Shown here piece by piece: positions 38,652 through 47,100 of a stretch of 64,000 nucleotides of DNA. The notes beneath the pieces were generated by a model that saw only the letters and a program-made list of their open reading frames with translations, had not been told where the DNA came from and did not search any database. The stretch comes from a virus, in the IMG/VR virus record IMGVR_UViG_3300006735_000013, positions 64,001 to 128,000 of that record; one strand, given 5' to 3'. Numbering within the stretch: the stretch's first letter is position 1; each line of letters begins with the position of its first letter. Position numbers and translations under genes: made by a program.

Positions 38652-39074
38652 TTATTTTAGTTGATCCCATCTCTGTCCTGCTAAACTAAACAAACCGCTG
38701 ATATCCACCCCTGCGTCGCTAGGAGCTCTACCAGCAAGTGGCCCTTGGGGCGAGGCGGCGCTACCTGGTTTCCCGGCTGAAGTCAGAGGCTCAGTGCCTT
38801 CAAAAATCTTTGCCATTTTATCATTACCAATTGCATCGAGCATCTTTCTTTTGGTTTCAAGCATGCGCTTCCGTTGCTCTTCTTGCTTTTCTTCTTTTAT
38901 TTGTTGTTGTATTTCTGGTCTTGGCTGGTGAGGTGTTGCAGTTTCAACCATCAAATTTTGAGCCTTAGTTATTCCAAAGGCGACTTCTGCTATAATTTCG
39001 GACAAGACACCTTCTTCAAATAATGTTTCTTTGACGCACTCTTTTATTAGGGCTTTTAGTTCTGATTTCTTCAT
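38652..39074 (-). CDS. hypothetical, probable head-internal protein
   Basis: N-terminal MKKSELKALIKECVKETLFE leader; next to the protease gene. Confidence 0.6.
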   Translation of the reverse strand: MKKSELKALIKECVKETLFEEGVLSEIIAEVAFGITKAQNLMVETATPHQPRPEIQQQIKEEKQEEQRKRMLETKRKMLDAIGNDKMAKIFEGTEPLTSAGKPGSAASPQGPLAGRAPSDAGVDISGLFSLAGQRWDQLK

Positions 39075-39680
39075 TTATTCCTCAAACTTATATAGGATAT
39101 TGTTCAAAGAGCGATTGATCTTGTCACCCCGAGTAAATATATTTGGCCTCTCTCTTGCTTCTTTCAATTTCATGAAGGCGCCTGGAGTGGAAGGGTCAGA
39201 AACCATATCAAAACATATAAGCTGAAAATCGTCTTGGACTTCCGATATTCCGTCCTTCTCTTTCAAGGAGCCTAGGCCGCGTGAAGAAATGCCAAGCTGT
39301 ACTCCAGAGTCGACAAGCGACCTAAGTATAAGTCCAGAGGGCGTGTTTAGTACTTTAATTTTTCCATAACATTTTGGGCCATCCATCCAGATTGCTGTAA
39401 CAAGGTGAGATGCGTTAACAAGATTTATAATTGAAGATTCTGGGTGGTCTAGTTCTCCCAGGGCCCTGTTTTCTGCCACCAGCTTGTTATAGGTTCTTAT
39501 CTCTCTTTCCAGTATTCTTCTTGGATAAGAGCGCCCATTTCCATTCTTTACCTCTGCTTCCTGCATTAGTCCAGAGAGAATGCAGCCACCTTCCGCAACA
39601 AACTTCTTTTCAGCCTCTGTTAGAAGGTCTTGGCAGATTCCTCCATCGCAGAGTTCATAATACTCTCTTATAAGCTTCAT
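39075..39680 (-). CDS. prohead protease (gp21-like)
   Basis: NGNGRSYP, ALGELDHP, SHL, TPSG, GISSRGLGS, FDMVSDPSTPGA. Confidence 0.95.
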   Translation of the reverse strand: MKLIREYYELCDGGICQDLLTEAEKKFVAEGGCILSGLMQEAEVKNGNGRSYPRRILEREIRTYNKLVAENRALGELDHPESSIINLVNASHLVTAIWMDGPKCYGKIKVLNTPSGLILRSLVDSGVQLGISSRGLGSLKEKDGISEVQDDFQLICFDMVSDPSTPGAFMKLKEARERPNIFTRGDKINRSLNNILYKFEE

Positions 39681-39717
39681 ATTTACCTCTACTATAAGCG
39701 GGGGTCACCCGCGTCAG

Positions 39718-39783
39718 CTAAGCTCCCTTACAGCAATTTGCAACAGGGCGTAAGAACCATCTAATATTGTTTATGTTATTCAT
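39718..39783 (-). CDS. 21-aa Cys-Cys micro-peptide
   Basis: GAGGAG-5 nt-ATG; MNNINNIRWFLRPVANCCKGA; followed by the hairpin GCGGG-TGACC-CCCGC. Confidence 0.5.
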   Translation of the reverse strand: MNNINNIRWFLRPVANCCKGA

Positions 39784-39792
39784 TGTAACTCC

Positions 39793-40089
39793 TCAGTTAT
39801 AATCTATCTTGATTCCATGGTCATCAAAAACGGCGTCAAAGACGTAACTAACTAACGAGCCAAGACAACCAAGAAATAACCCTGTAACAAAAGAATAATC
39901 AAAAGTAAATAGTGTGGTAAAAGCGTTTACAGACCACAAAAATAATCCAACCCAAAAGCCGGTGCACATAGAACAAGAGAAGAGTTGCCCAAACCATCCG
40001 GATGTGGGCCTTATCTTTTCGAATATTTTACCGTAGACTAAAATTTGTGTCATACCAGCAGCAATAAGACTAAAATAGAGTAAGTGCAC
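39793..40089 (-). CDS. DUF1360-like membrane protein with CxxC
   Basis: Hydrophobic segments; LFSCSMCTGFWVG. Confidence 0.65.
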   Translation of the reverse strand: MHLLYFSLIAAGMTQILVYGKIFEKIRPTSGWFGQLFSCSMCTGFWVGLFLWSVNAFTTLFTFDYSFVTGLFLGCLGSLVSYVFDAVFDDHGIKIDYN

Positions 40090-40634
40090 TATTCCCCTTT
40101 TTCTTTTCGCTCTCTTACGAGAGAGTAATTGTACATAAACCCATATGGGCCGCGGGTGAAACCGTGTGATCCTTTCCGATCGGAATGAGGCACGTCACCT
40201 AATTCTGTGGAATCTTCCGCGGAAGGGGTAAGTAGTGCTGTCAGCCTATCATCTTCAATTTTGCCTGTCTTCTTGAAAAATGGCTTTTCTTGGTTTAGAT
40301 ATTCACTAATGACATATAAGCATGCTTGGATAGAGTCCACACCTGGAACCTTTGATTCTGGGATTTTGCCCTCTAGGGATCCGTGCACATTTCCCCCCCT
40401 AACAGATGAAACGTCAATGACGCCATGGCGCGAAAGGTACTGAAACATCCTATCTTGAGATTGATATGCTTTATCGCTCATGCCTTCTTTTGGGAACGAC
40501 ACGCACTTTTTCGCTTCGACTGAAAGGAATATGTCTATATCTTCGTGGTCGAAGATCAAGATATTTCCGTCCAACGTTCTTCTAGCTTTTAGGGAGATTC
40601 TGGGATCTCTTTCAATATCAACTGTTATTGTCAT
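40089..40634 (-). CDS. hypothetical protein (181 aa)
   Basis: Coupled ORF in the portal operon. Confidence 0.65.
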   Translation of the reverse strand: MTITVDIERDPRISLKARRTLDGNILIFDHEDIDIFLSVEAKKCVSFPKEGMSDKAYQSQDRMFQYLSRHGVIDVSSVRGGNVHGSLEGKIPESKVPGVDSIQACLYVISEYLNQEKPFFKKTGKIEDDRLTALLTPSAEDSTELGDVPHSDRKGSHGFTRGPYGFMYNYSLVRERKEKGE

Positions 40635-41457
40635 CTTCTGATATCTCTTCTAGTAGGTCTTGCGTTTTAAGTACAACCTCAATCAGATCGAGATCCACTT
40701 CCTTTTCTTTGTACGATTCAAGTATAGAGTATACCTTATCTATTTTGATTTTTAAATCATTATCGCTTATAATATCTTCATCACTTTTACACTCTAAAAG
40801 TTGATCTTTGAGTGTGCTAACTTCTTCATTTAGGTAATACTTTAGCTCTATGCCATTGTCAGAAAAAGAAGATATATATTTTTGCAGAAGGCTTCTCTGG
40901 TTTTCGCTCAGTTTGCTTGAATATTCTTCGTTAAATTTACTTACAAACGTACCATAAATAATATTATCCATGGGCTGTTGCTCTTCTTTGATTGCTTCAC
41001 AAGACTCAGACATTTGCTCTATGATATTCTCTTCTAATAGGACTCTGTCTTTTACTGGAAGTGTTTCTTGAAATATAGAATAAACAGTGGCTATATTCTT
41101 ATAGTTTGGCACAAAGGTGTTATAGAGATCTTTAGAGAGCGTTTTGTTTATCTTGTTTATAAGTGCTGACTGTTCTCGGAAGATGTTCTTCTTATCTAGG
41201 ACTTGATAATTTTTCTTTGCCTCAACAACAATCTTTTCTGCTAGACGCTTCTCTATATCCCTTGTTTCGTAAACGCTTTTGTACAAGCCAAGCTCTTTGT
41301 TCAACTCGGTTCCTTTTGCAAAGTGCTCCTTCATAATTGATACAATCTTCATTTGTTTGTTTTTATTGTTCTTTACAATACATTTAGTCAACTCTCGGAC
41401 GAGGGCTTCATAAACAAATGCTGTATTTCTCTTTTTATTGTGTTTTAGTCTCATCAC
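40618..41457 (-). CDS. hypothetical protein (279 aa), portal-adjacent
   Basis: KHNKKRNTAFVYEAL N-terminus; overlaps the portal stop. Confidence 0.7.
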   Translation of the reverse strand: MMRLKHNKKRNTAFVYEALVRELTKCIVKNNKNKQMKIVSIMKEHFAKGTELNKELGLYKSVYETRDIEKRLAEKIVVEAKKNYQVLDKKNIFREQSALINKINKTLSKDLYNTFVPNYKNIATVYSIFQETLPVKDRVLLEENIIEQMSESCEAIKEEQQPMDNIIYGTFVSKFNEEYSSKLSENQRSLLQKYISSFSDNGIELKYYLNEEVSTLKDQLLECKSDEDIISDNDLKIKIDKVYSILESYKEKEVDLDLIEVVLKTQDLLEEISEDDNNS

Positions 41458-43492
41458 TATCTTTCCTTGAATCTTTGTCTAGGTTTTCAAACAAAACTTT
41501 TAACTCTTCTTGGTTTTTTAGAAGCTTCTCTTCCTCCTCCCTAGAATAAATAGTCAACTTACTCTCATAAACGCCAGTACCTCTAACTAAGCTAGATAAT
41601 TCTGAGGCGCCTGGAAAGTTTTTTCTCTTTGTTCCAAACTCTGGATTTGCCGCTCTGGCCATATTCTTCCTTCTAGGGCCAGAGGATTCTCTTCTGTCTC
41701 CCCCGGACCAATTCATTCGGGGCTCGTACCATCCATGAGATTTCTCAGTGGTTGTTTTTACTTTACCACCATCCCTTTTCATTCTGTGGCCTTTGTCATC
41801 TCTCTTGCCAGGGGGCGCCGCCAATAAGTCCCCTTCCTCTGGGCCGGCTGGTGTGTCGCCGCCGGCTGCGTCAGCTGCGGCGCCTACGTCACCTCCTCCG
41901 AGATCACCCAAACCACCTCCTTCGTCCGGAGCGGCGCCTATTTCTGGCTCTTGGCCAACGGTACCTGTGCCACCTGCATCAGCGGCGCCGCCTAGATCGC
42001 CGCCTGGAGCAGTGGCTGCAGCTTGTTCTGCTTCTGCTGCAGTCTCTAGTGCTGCCTCAAACCTCCGATCATAGAACATCTCTCGACGGTTCCTGATAAA
42101 CTCTTCTTCCGATAAACCAAAAAGAGTCTTCGCGAGCCACTGTTTGGAGAAGAAGCCTTCCGTTGCAGAAGATGCTATATCAAATTTTGTTTTCCAGTGT
42201 TCAAGTTCTTGCATTTCTGCTATCTTCGAAGGGTTGTTGAGCTTCAGCTTGAAGCTAACCAAATCTTCCTCTCTGTAGCCTAGCGTGTACAAGTGTATTA
42301 TTCCAATTTTTTCCAATTCAGATAAGACAGATCTTTGTAACCTTTGTACTGTTCTCGCAAACCTAATATCTTTTTGAGCCAAGGTCGTCTTATCCTCGGC
42401 GGCTTTTTCCGCGTCGGAAGTTAGATAAGATGCTGGAATCTTGAGTGCAGAGAACAGCTTGTCTCTCAAGTACTTTACATCGTCAATGTCGCCAGTATAC
42501 TTTCCGCCGGCCAATGGTTCTATCTTTGTGCCACTCTGACCACCACGAACAGGAATAAAATAATCTTCTTCAACTGAAAGTGGGTTGTACCTCAAATCTA
42601 CGCGTCCAGTGTCTGGGTCGACTACTTGATTCCTTTTCATCTGCGTCATCGCTTTCTGCATGTACTGTTCTATATCTTGTGGCGGTATGGCCCCGACGTC
42701 GATATAAAACACCCTTCTTTCTGGTGATCTGACTATTCTATATGCCATCATCGCATCTTCGATCAATGTCAGTTGGCGCCAGATGCGGCGTGAGGGTTCT
42801 AGGACCGATGTTCCATATGGGCTATACTTGTCGTTGCCAAGAACACGGAAGTGCCCTATTTGCCAATTTTCAAATGTCAAGCCGGCTGAGTTCCACTGAT
42901 ATTGTATGTAATTAGGGTTCTTCTTGTCTTCGCCTTCCAATCTTTCGACCTCTGCCGTAGGCAATCCGATGACACTAGTGATGCCAATAGACTGGTCTAT
43001 ATCTAGATATAGGAAATAATCCCCATACTTGCACATCGCGCGACACCAGGAGAAGAGGTTGTATTCTACGTTTATAACGTCATAATATAGCGACTCAAGT
43101 AACAGCTTTATCTCTTCATTCTCACACTTTACGGAAAGTACCTTTTGGAGATCACTGTGTGTGGTCATTTCATCTGCATAGATATCAAGGGCTGAGGCTA
43201 TTTCTGGTGTGTACTCCATTTGGTCGAAGTCTACATACCTCTCAGCTCTTGCTTGGCTGGCCATGGCCTGGGCTTGTAAATTATCATAAGGGTTGTATGC
43301 TGTCTTTTTAAAATCTTTTCCCGAAGCTGACGTGAATTTACCAGAGTACTTGTCTAAGTCTATCCTTCGAAGTCTATGGTTTGTTTGAGTCCTATAATTG
43401 ACGAGTGGGCCTGATAATAGCCTTGTTAACCTTCGAAACAATAAACTTTGGGAGTTACGAGGGTTATTTTTTATCTTCTTTTCTTTAGCCAT
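41435..43492 (-). CDS. portal protein (gp20-like)
   Basis: PEIASALDIYADE, EDAMMAYRIVRSPERRVFYIDVG, EDYFIPVRG, DVKYLRDKLFSALKIP. Confidence 0.96.
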   Translation of the reverse strand: MAKEKKIKNNPRNSQSLLFRRLTRLLSGPLVNYRTQTNHRLRRIDLDKYSGKFTSASGKDFKKTAYNPYDNLQAQAMASQARAERYVDFDQMEYTPEIASALDIYADEMTTHSDLQKVLSVKCENEEIKLLLESLYYDVINVEYNLFSWCRAMCKYGDYFLYLDIDQSIGITSVIGLPTAEVERLEGEDKKNPNYIQYQWNSAGLTFENWQIGHFRVLGNDKYSPYGTSVLEPSRRIWRQLTLIEDAMMAYRIVRSPERRVFYIDVGAIPPQDIEQYMQKAMTQMKRNQVVDPDTGRVDLRYNPLSVEEDYFIPVRGGQSGTKIEPLAGGKYTGDIDDVKYLRDKLFSALKIPASYLTSDAEKAAEDKTTLAQKDIRFARTVQRLQRSVLSELEKIGIIHLYTLGYREEDLVSFKLKLNNPSKIAEMQELEHWKTKFDIASSATEGFFSKQWLAKTLFGLSEEEFIRNRREMFYDRRFEAALETAAEAEQAAATAPGGDLGGAADAGGTGTVGQEPEIGAAPDEGGGLGDLGGGDVGAAADAAGGDTPAGPEEGDLLAAPPGKRDDKGHRMKRDGGKVKTTTEKSHGWYEPRMNWSGGDRRESSGPRRKNMARAANPEFGTKRKNFPGASELSSLVRGTGVYESKLTIYSREEEEKLLKNQEELKVLFENLDKDSRKDSDETKTQ

Positions 43493-43495
43493 TTT

Positions 43496-45082
43496 CTATC
43501 CCTTGAACAGCCATGGAAACTGCTCTAATGCACTGGAGTGCTTTTTCATGCTTTCTTGAAATTTCTTGTTATTTGTGCCTATCATTCCATTTATCCTAGT
43601 GTCTATATGGTTAGCCTTTCTTGTTATAGCGCCTAGAAAGGCCTTATTATATTCCATATCTTTTTTGTTAGTATCCAACACCGTGTCCAGAACCCAGCAC
43701 CCAACGGCGCAGGCCATTATTAAATCATCGTTGTAAGATCTCATAGCTTCGGCGCGACCGTGATTCCAAACAAAAGTTTTCATCTCGCTCAATAGTCGAG
43801 AAGAATATATCTTAATTAGATTGTTTCTTATAAATTCTTCCATCTTTGCTATAATCAACGGCCTAGTCTTAGAGGTCATAGAGAAACCAGCTACAGCATT
43901 GCTCATATTTTCCGCTCGGTATTCTTCTACAAATTCGTGAGTTGATTTTATAGAAAAATAAAGATTGGGATATTGGCTTTCTCTCAACTTGTCTAGCACT
44001 GCGAAACCCACTGCATTATTTTCTACGACCAATAATGCGTTTCCATATTCTAACCCAATATCATATAAAATTTTAGAAAAAACATCTGGAGTGCATTTTC
44101 CTTTATATTCTGCTACAATCTCCATATTACTTGCCTTGAATACTAGGGCAGAAGAGTAGTCTTTTCCATCTCCGCGCGCGACATCAGCTGATATGAAGTA
44201 TTCCTCGCCCTCTTCTCTACCCTGCCATATCCACAAGTTCCTATCAAAGCCTGTTTTGTACTTTGGTTCCGTACACATATTAAGATATGTCTCTAGGTCT
44301 TCCGGCGAGAATACAGTCTCTCCAGACATATTAAAGTTACACTCAAGCTCTTGAGCTATTTCGCGGCGCGACATGTTTCGAGTTTCTTTTTCAAACCATT
44401 CTTGGTCGCGGTCGGGATGTACGCCCCAAGGTAGAACCACTGGGTGGAAATCATTCGTACCCGAGTCGGCCTCAGTGTATATCTTGTGAAACCAGTTACC
44501 GACGCCATTTGGAGTAGATAGTGCGATGCAGCGGCCGCCAGTAGATAATGTAGGGTACAGACCCATCCACAGCTCATCAAGACCTTCGACGTGTGCTGCT
44601 TCGTCAATAACAAGAAGAGATAGCGCCTCGGAGCGGCCGGCATCTCCGGAAGTGGAGCTTGCTTTTATTTGCGATCCATTTGAGAGTACAAAGCTTGTTC
44701 TATTGTCTATGTCTACGTTAGATATTCTCAGCCACTCTGGTAAGTTTCTTATAATTGCTTTCACTTTCTTTACTAAATTTGCCGCTGTATTGAATTTGGT
44801 GGCAATAACCAGGACATTCTTTTCTCTATGAAACATCATCAGCCAAGCTACATAAGCGGCTGTAATTGTAGATATTCCCAACTGTCGAGCCTTGAGAATC
44901 ACATTGAAGCGATAGTCTTCAAAGTCTTCTAGTAAGTCTTTTTGAAAATTGTAAAGATGAAAAGGTATTAGACCGCGTTGAGGATGTGTTATTTTTGCAT
45001 AGGTATTGATGAAATAATCGGGCGTCTTTCCACACTTGACTATCTCTTTCATTATTTCCTTCTTAGATAAGGAAAAAGACAT
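43496..45082 (-). CDS. terminase large subunit (gp17-like)
   Basis: KARQLGIST, LLVIDEAAH, STPNG, QELEC, ADVARG, NDDLIMA. Confidence 0.96.
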   Translation of the reverse strand: MSFSLSKKEIMKEIVKCGKTPDYFINTYAKITHPQRGLIPFHLYNFQKDLLEDFEDYRFNVILKARQLGISTITAAYVAWLMMFHREKNVLVIATKFNTAANLVKKVKAIIRNLPEWLRISNVDIDNRTSFVLSNGSQIKASSTSGDAGRSEALSLLVIDEAAHVEGLDELWMGLYPTLSTGGRCIALSTPNGVGNWFHKIYTEADSGTNDFHPVVLPWGVHPDRDQEWFEKETRNMSRREIAQELECNFNMSGETVFSPEDLETYLNMCTEPKYKTGFDRNLWIWQGREEGEEYFISADVARGDGKDYSSALVFKASNMEIVAEYKGKCTPDVFSKILYDIGLEYGNALLVVENNAVGFAVLDKLRESQYPNLYFSIKSTHEFVEEYRAENMSNAVAGFSMTSKTRPLIIAKMEEFIRNNLIKIYSSRLLSEMKTFVWNHGRAEAMRSYNDDLIMACAVGCWVLDTVLDTNKKDMEYNKAFLGAITRKANHIDTRINGMIGTNNKKFQESMKKHSSALEQFPWLFKG

Positions 45083-45083
45083 A

Positions 45084-45599
45084 CTAGCTCTTTATTTTTT
45101 CGTTTGATGGACGTTTGCCGCCAAGCCCACTCAGTGCCACCATCTTTTCATATGCCGGATCTATTTCCCTTTCAGGCTCAACCGGGATTCCTCCGATCTT
45201 ATAACATTTATGAACCTTAACGCTGCAGCGGATTCTAGAAATATATTCCACTAAGACATCCACTTCACTTGGGTCAGAAAGAGATAGGGATCCTTTTGTC
45301 ACTTTTCCAAATTCTTTTTGTATAAAAGATTTTACCTTTTCCACCATTGACTCCATTTCAGATTCAAAGCCATTTGAGTGGACCTCTTTTAGTGGAATCT
45401 CGCTGTGATATTTGATATGTAGGCGATTGCCCGATACGTATGCACCGAAACCATCCATGATTCGATGATCCAAAAGGGGATTCCCCTCCTCCCTTCTTAG
45501 ACCGATTTTTACTGGTTCACCTTTTTCGTCTTGGGCACCATCATAAGAATTAGCAATTACTTGCGAGATTCCATTAATAATTTCTAAAGTTGTAGCCAT
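45084..45599 (-). CDS. hypothetical protein (171 aa) upstream of terminase
   Basis: GAGG RBS and late-promoter motif; function not recognised. Confidence 0.65.
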   Translation of the reverse strand: MATTLEIINGISQVIANSYDGAQDEKGEPVKIGLRREEGNPLLDHRIMDGFGAYVSGNRLHIKYHSEIPLKEVHSNGFESEMESMVEKVKSFIQKEFGKVTKGSLSLSDPSEVDVLVEYISRIRCSVKVHKCYKIGGIPVEPEREIDPAYEKMVALSGLGGKRPSNEKIKS

Positions 45600-45618
45600 T
45601 TGTTTTTTACCTCAAATA

Positions 45619-45625
45619 TAAATAG
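45619..45625 (-). promoter_or_regulatory. candidate late promoter CTATTTA (packaging operon)
   Basis: ACTATTTATATTTGAGG. Confidence 0.65.
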
Positions 45626-45641
45626 TCTATAATATAAGTAG

Positions 45642-46016
45642 TTACTTATTTGGTCTCCATCCAGTTTTCCACCTATCCTCGCGATCTTCGACATACTGTA
45701 TATAACAATCAAAACAGCACCCAAACTTAAACATATAGATATCGTCGTCTGACCTGAATGAATACTTATCGCAAACTGGGCAGGAGCGATCTTGGTTAGT
45801 CTTGTTCTTTTTTTGTTTTATGGTAAATCCGGAAGCGGACAGCAATTGCTCTTTCTCTTGGCCGTCGGTTTTTGAATAAAATTTCTTTAGGTCTTCAAGG
45901 TACTTCTCTTCCTTTTCTGTAGACCAAGAACTCTTGGGGTTCTTTATAGCATCTAAGCCATATTTATCTTTTATGGCTTTCTCGTATTTTGCAATCTTGT
46001 CATAGTCTTTGTTCAT
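45642..46016 (-). CDS. Zn-finger protein (~124 aa)
   Basis: Start re-called at MNKDYDK; CPVC...CCFDC. Confidence 0.6.
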   Translation of the reverse strand: MNKDYDKIAKYEKAIKDKYGLDAIKNPKSSWSTEKEEKYLEDLKKFYSKTDGQEKEQLLSASGFTIKQKKNKTNQDRSCPVCDKYSFRSDDDIYMFKFGCCFDCYIQYVEDREDRWKTGWRPNK

Positions 46017-46498
46017 TTTATTGCAAAAAAGATAGCCACAACAGTCAGGGCGCCAGAGACAAAGCCGCCGGTGGCCCACCAAACGCTGTAATCGTTTGGT
46101 CTTTTGAGGGCCGTGGACGTCAACCTCTCTATTTCGTGGTCTTTTATAATATTTATCTCTTTGTGTTTTTGTCGAAGTGAATCGATACTCGCAGTGAGGC
46201 GCCCAATGTCAAATTCATATTTTGCCTTCTGCTTTTCGAGCCGGTACATGATGTCTAATTCACACTCAGCTTTGGCTCGAGCTGGGGCTGTAATCAAGAT
46301 TGCATTTGCGTCAATATCGTAACAAAACGCTGGTCCTGGATCCAAACCCAGCCTTCTCAACAGATCTACGTCTCCGTCATCTACATAAGTAAATGAAGCT
46401 GGTGGCAGGATTAGGTCTCCTATTTGTGGATCGGCCGCTGCAGCCTGGGGATTTACCATGCAAAAGGCCAACAAAAGTGATAAAAACTTACTTAACAT
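46013..46498 (-). CDS. exported coiled-coil protein with C-terminal TM helix (spanin-like)
   Basis: Signal MLSKFLSLLLAFC, coiled coil, TM WWATGGFVSGALTVVAIFFAI. Confidence 0.45.
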   Translation of the reverse strand: MLSKFLSLLLAFCMVNPQAAAADPQIGDLILPPASFTYVDDGDVDLLRRLGLDPGPAFCYDIDANAILITAPARAKAECELDIMYRLEKQKAKYEFDIGRLTASIDSLRQKHKEINIIKDHEIERLTSTALKRPNDYSVWWATGGFVSGALTVVAIFFAIK

Positions 46499-46892
46499 AT
46501 TTTATACCAAATTCCTCTTCTATTCTTTTTATAATTTCATCCGGCTTTTTTCTTGTCTTTATTATAACATCTTTTACTTTTTCTTTTTGCAATTCTGTTA
46601 GTTTTTTTTGCTTTTCTTTGAAGGCCTCATCTAGTGCAGATACTGTACTCTCATATTCTCTAATAAGGTCCTCCCTTTTTAGGATCTCATCTTTGTGTAG
46701 TCTGTTTATAGTTTCAACTTGTTTTTTGTAGGAGTCTTTTTTCGTGCTTAGGACTTCTATAATCGCGTCTGTGTTTCTCCTCGAAAAGAGGTAAACAATT
46801 ATTGACCACAAAATTATTGCTGGAAAATACCAGTAGGTCTTTATCCAGGCCCAAAATTTAGAAAAAAGAGCCTTGACTGCTAGAATACTCAC
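46488..46892 (-). CDS. i-spanin (Rz)-like protein
   Basis: GTG start overlapping the holin stop (GTGA); N-terminal TM followed by a charged coiled coil. Confidence 0.5.
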   Translation of the reverse strand: MSILAVKALFSKFWAWIKTYWYFPAIILWSIIVYLFSRRNTDAIIEVLSTKKDSYKKQVETINRLHKDEILKREDLIREYESTVSALDEAFKEKQKKLTELQKEKVKDVIIKTRKKPDEIIKRIEEEFGIKYVK

Positions 46893-47089
46893 TGCTTTGG
46901 CCCGTGCCGCCATTGAGTCGCGAGATCTACGAGGGCTTGGGAACCAATATAAGCTAGTGTCACTGCGACCCAATCACTACTGGTAACCATCCCATACACA
47001 CAAAGTCCTGTCGCCGTCAACCAGGCTAAAAATTTACGAGATATAAATCTCTCTGTATATTTATCTGTAAATGCTTTTATTGCTGTCAT
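46889..47089 (-). CDS. holin-like two-TM protein (66 aa)
   Basis: GGAGG RBS; SRKFLAWLTATGLCVYG and WVAVTLAYIGSQALVD. Confidence 0.6.
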   Translation of the reverse strand: MTAIKAFTDKYTERFISRKFLAWLTATGLCVYGMVTSSDWVAVTLAYIGSQALVDLATQWRHGPKQ

Positions 47090-47100
47090 TATCAATCCTC

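Noticed and set aside
6430-45082. Introns or inteins in nrdJ, dnaB, recA, MCP or terminase
   Set aside because: Reading frames are continuous and of ordinary length, and no splicing or homing-endonuclease motifs were seen
45084-45599. Terminase small subunit
   Set aside because: The position fits, but I recognise no supporting motif; left as hypothetical
45617-45624. Canonical T4 late promoter TATAAATA
   Set aside because: It is on the plus strand, opposite to all genes; better read as the minus-strand CTATTTA motif
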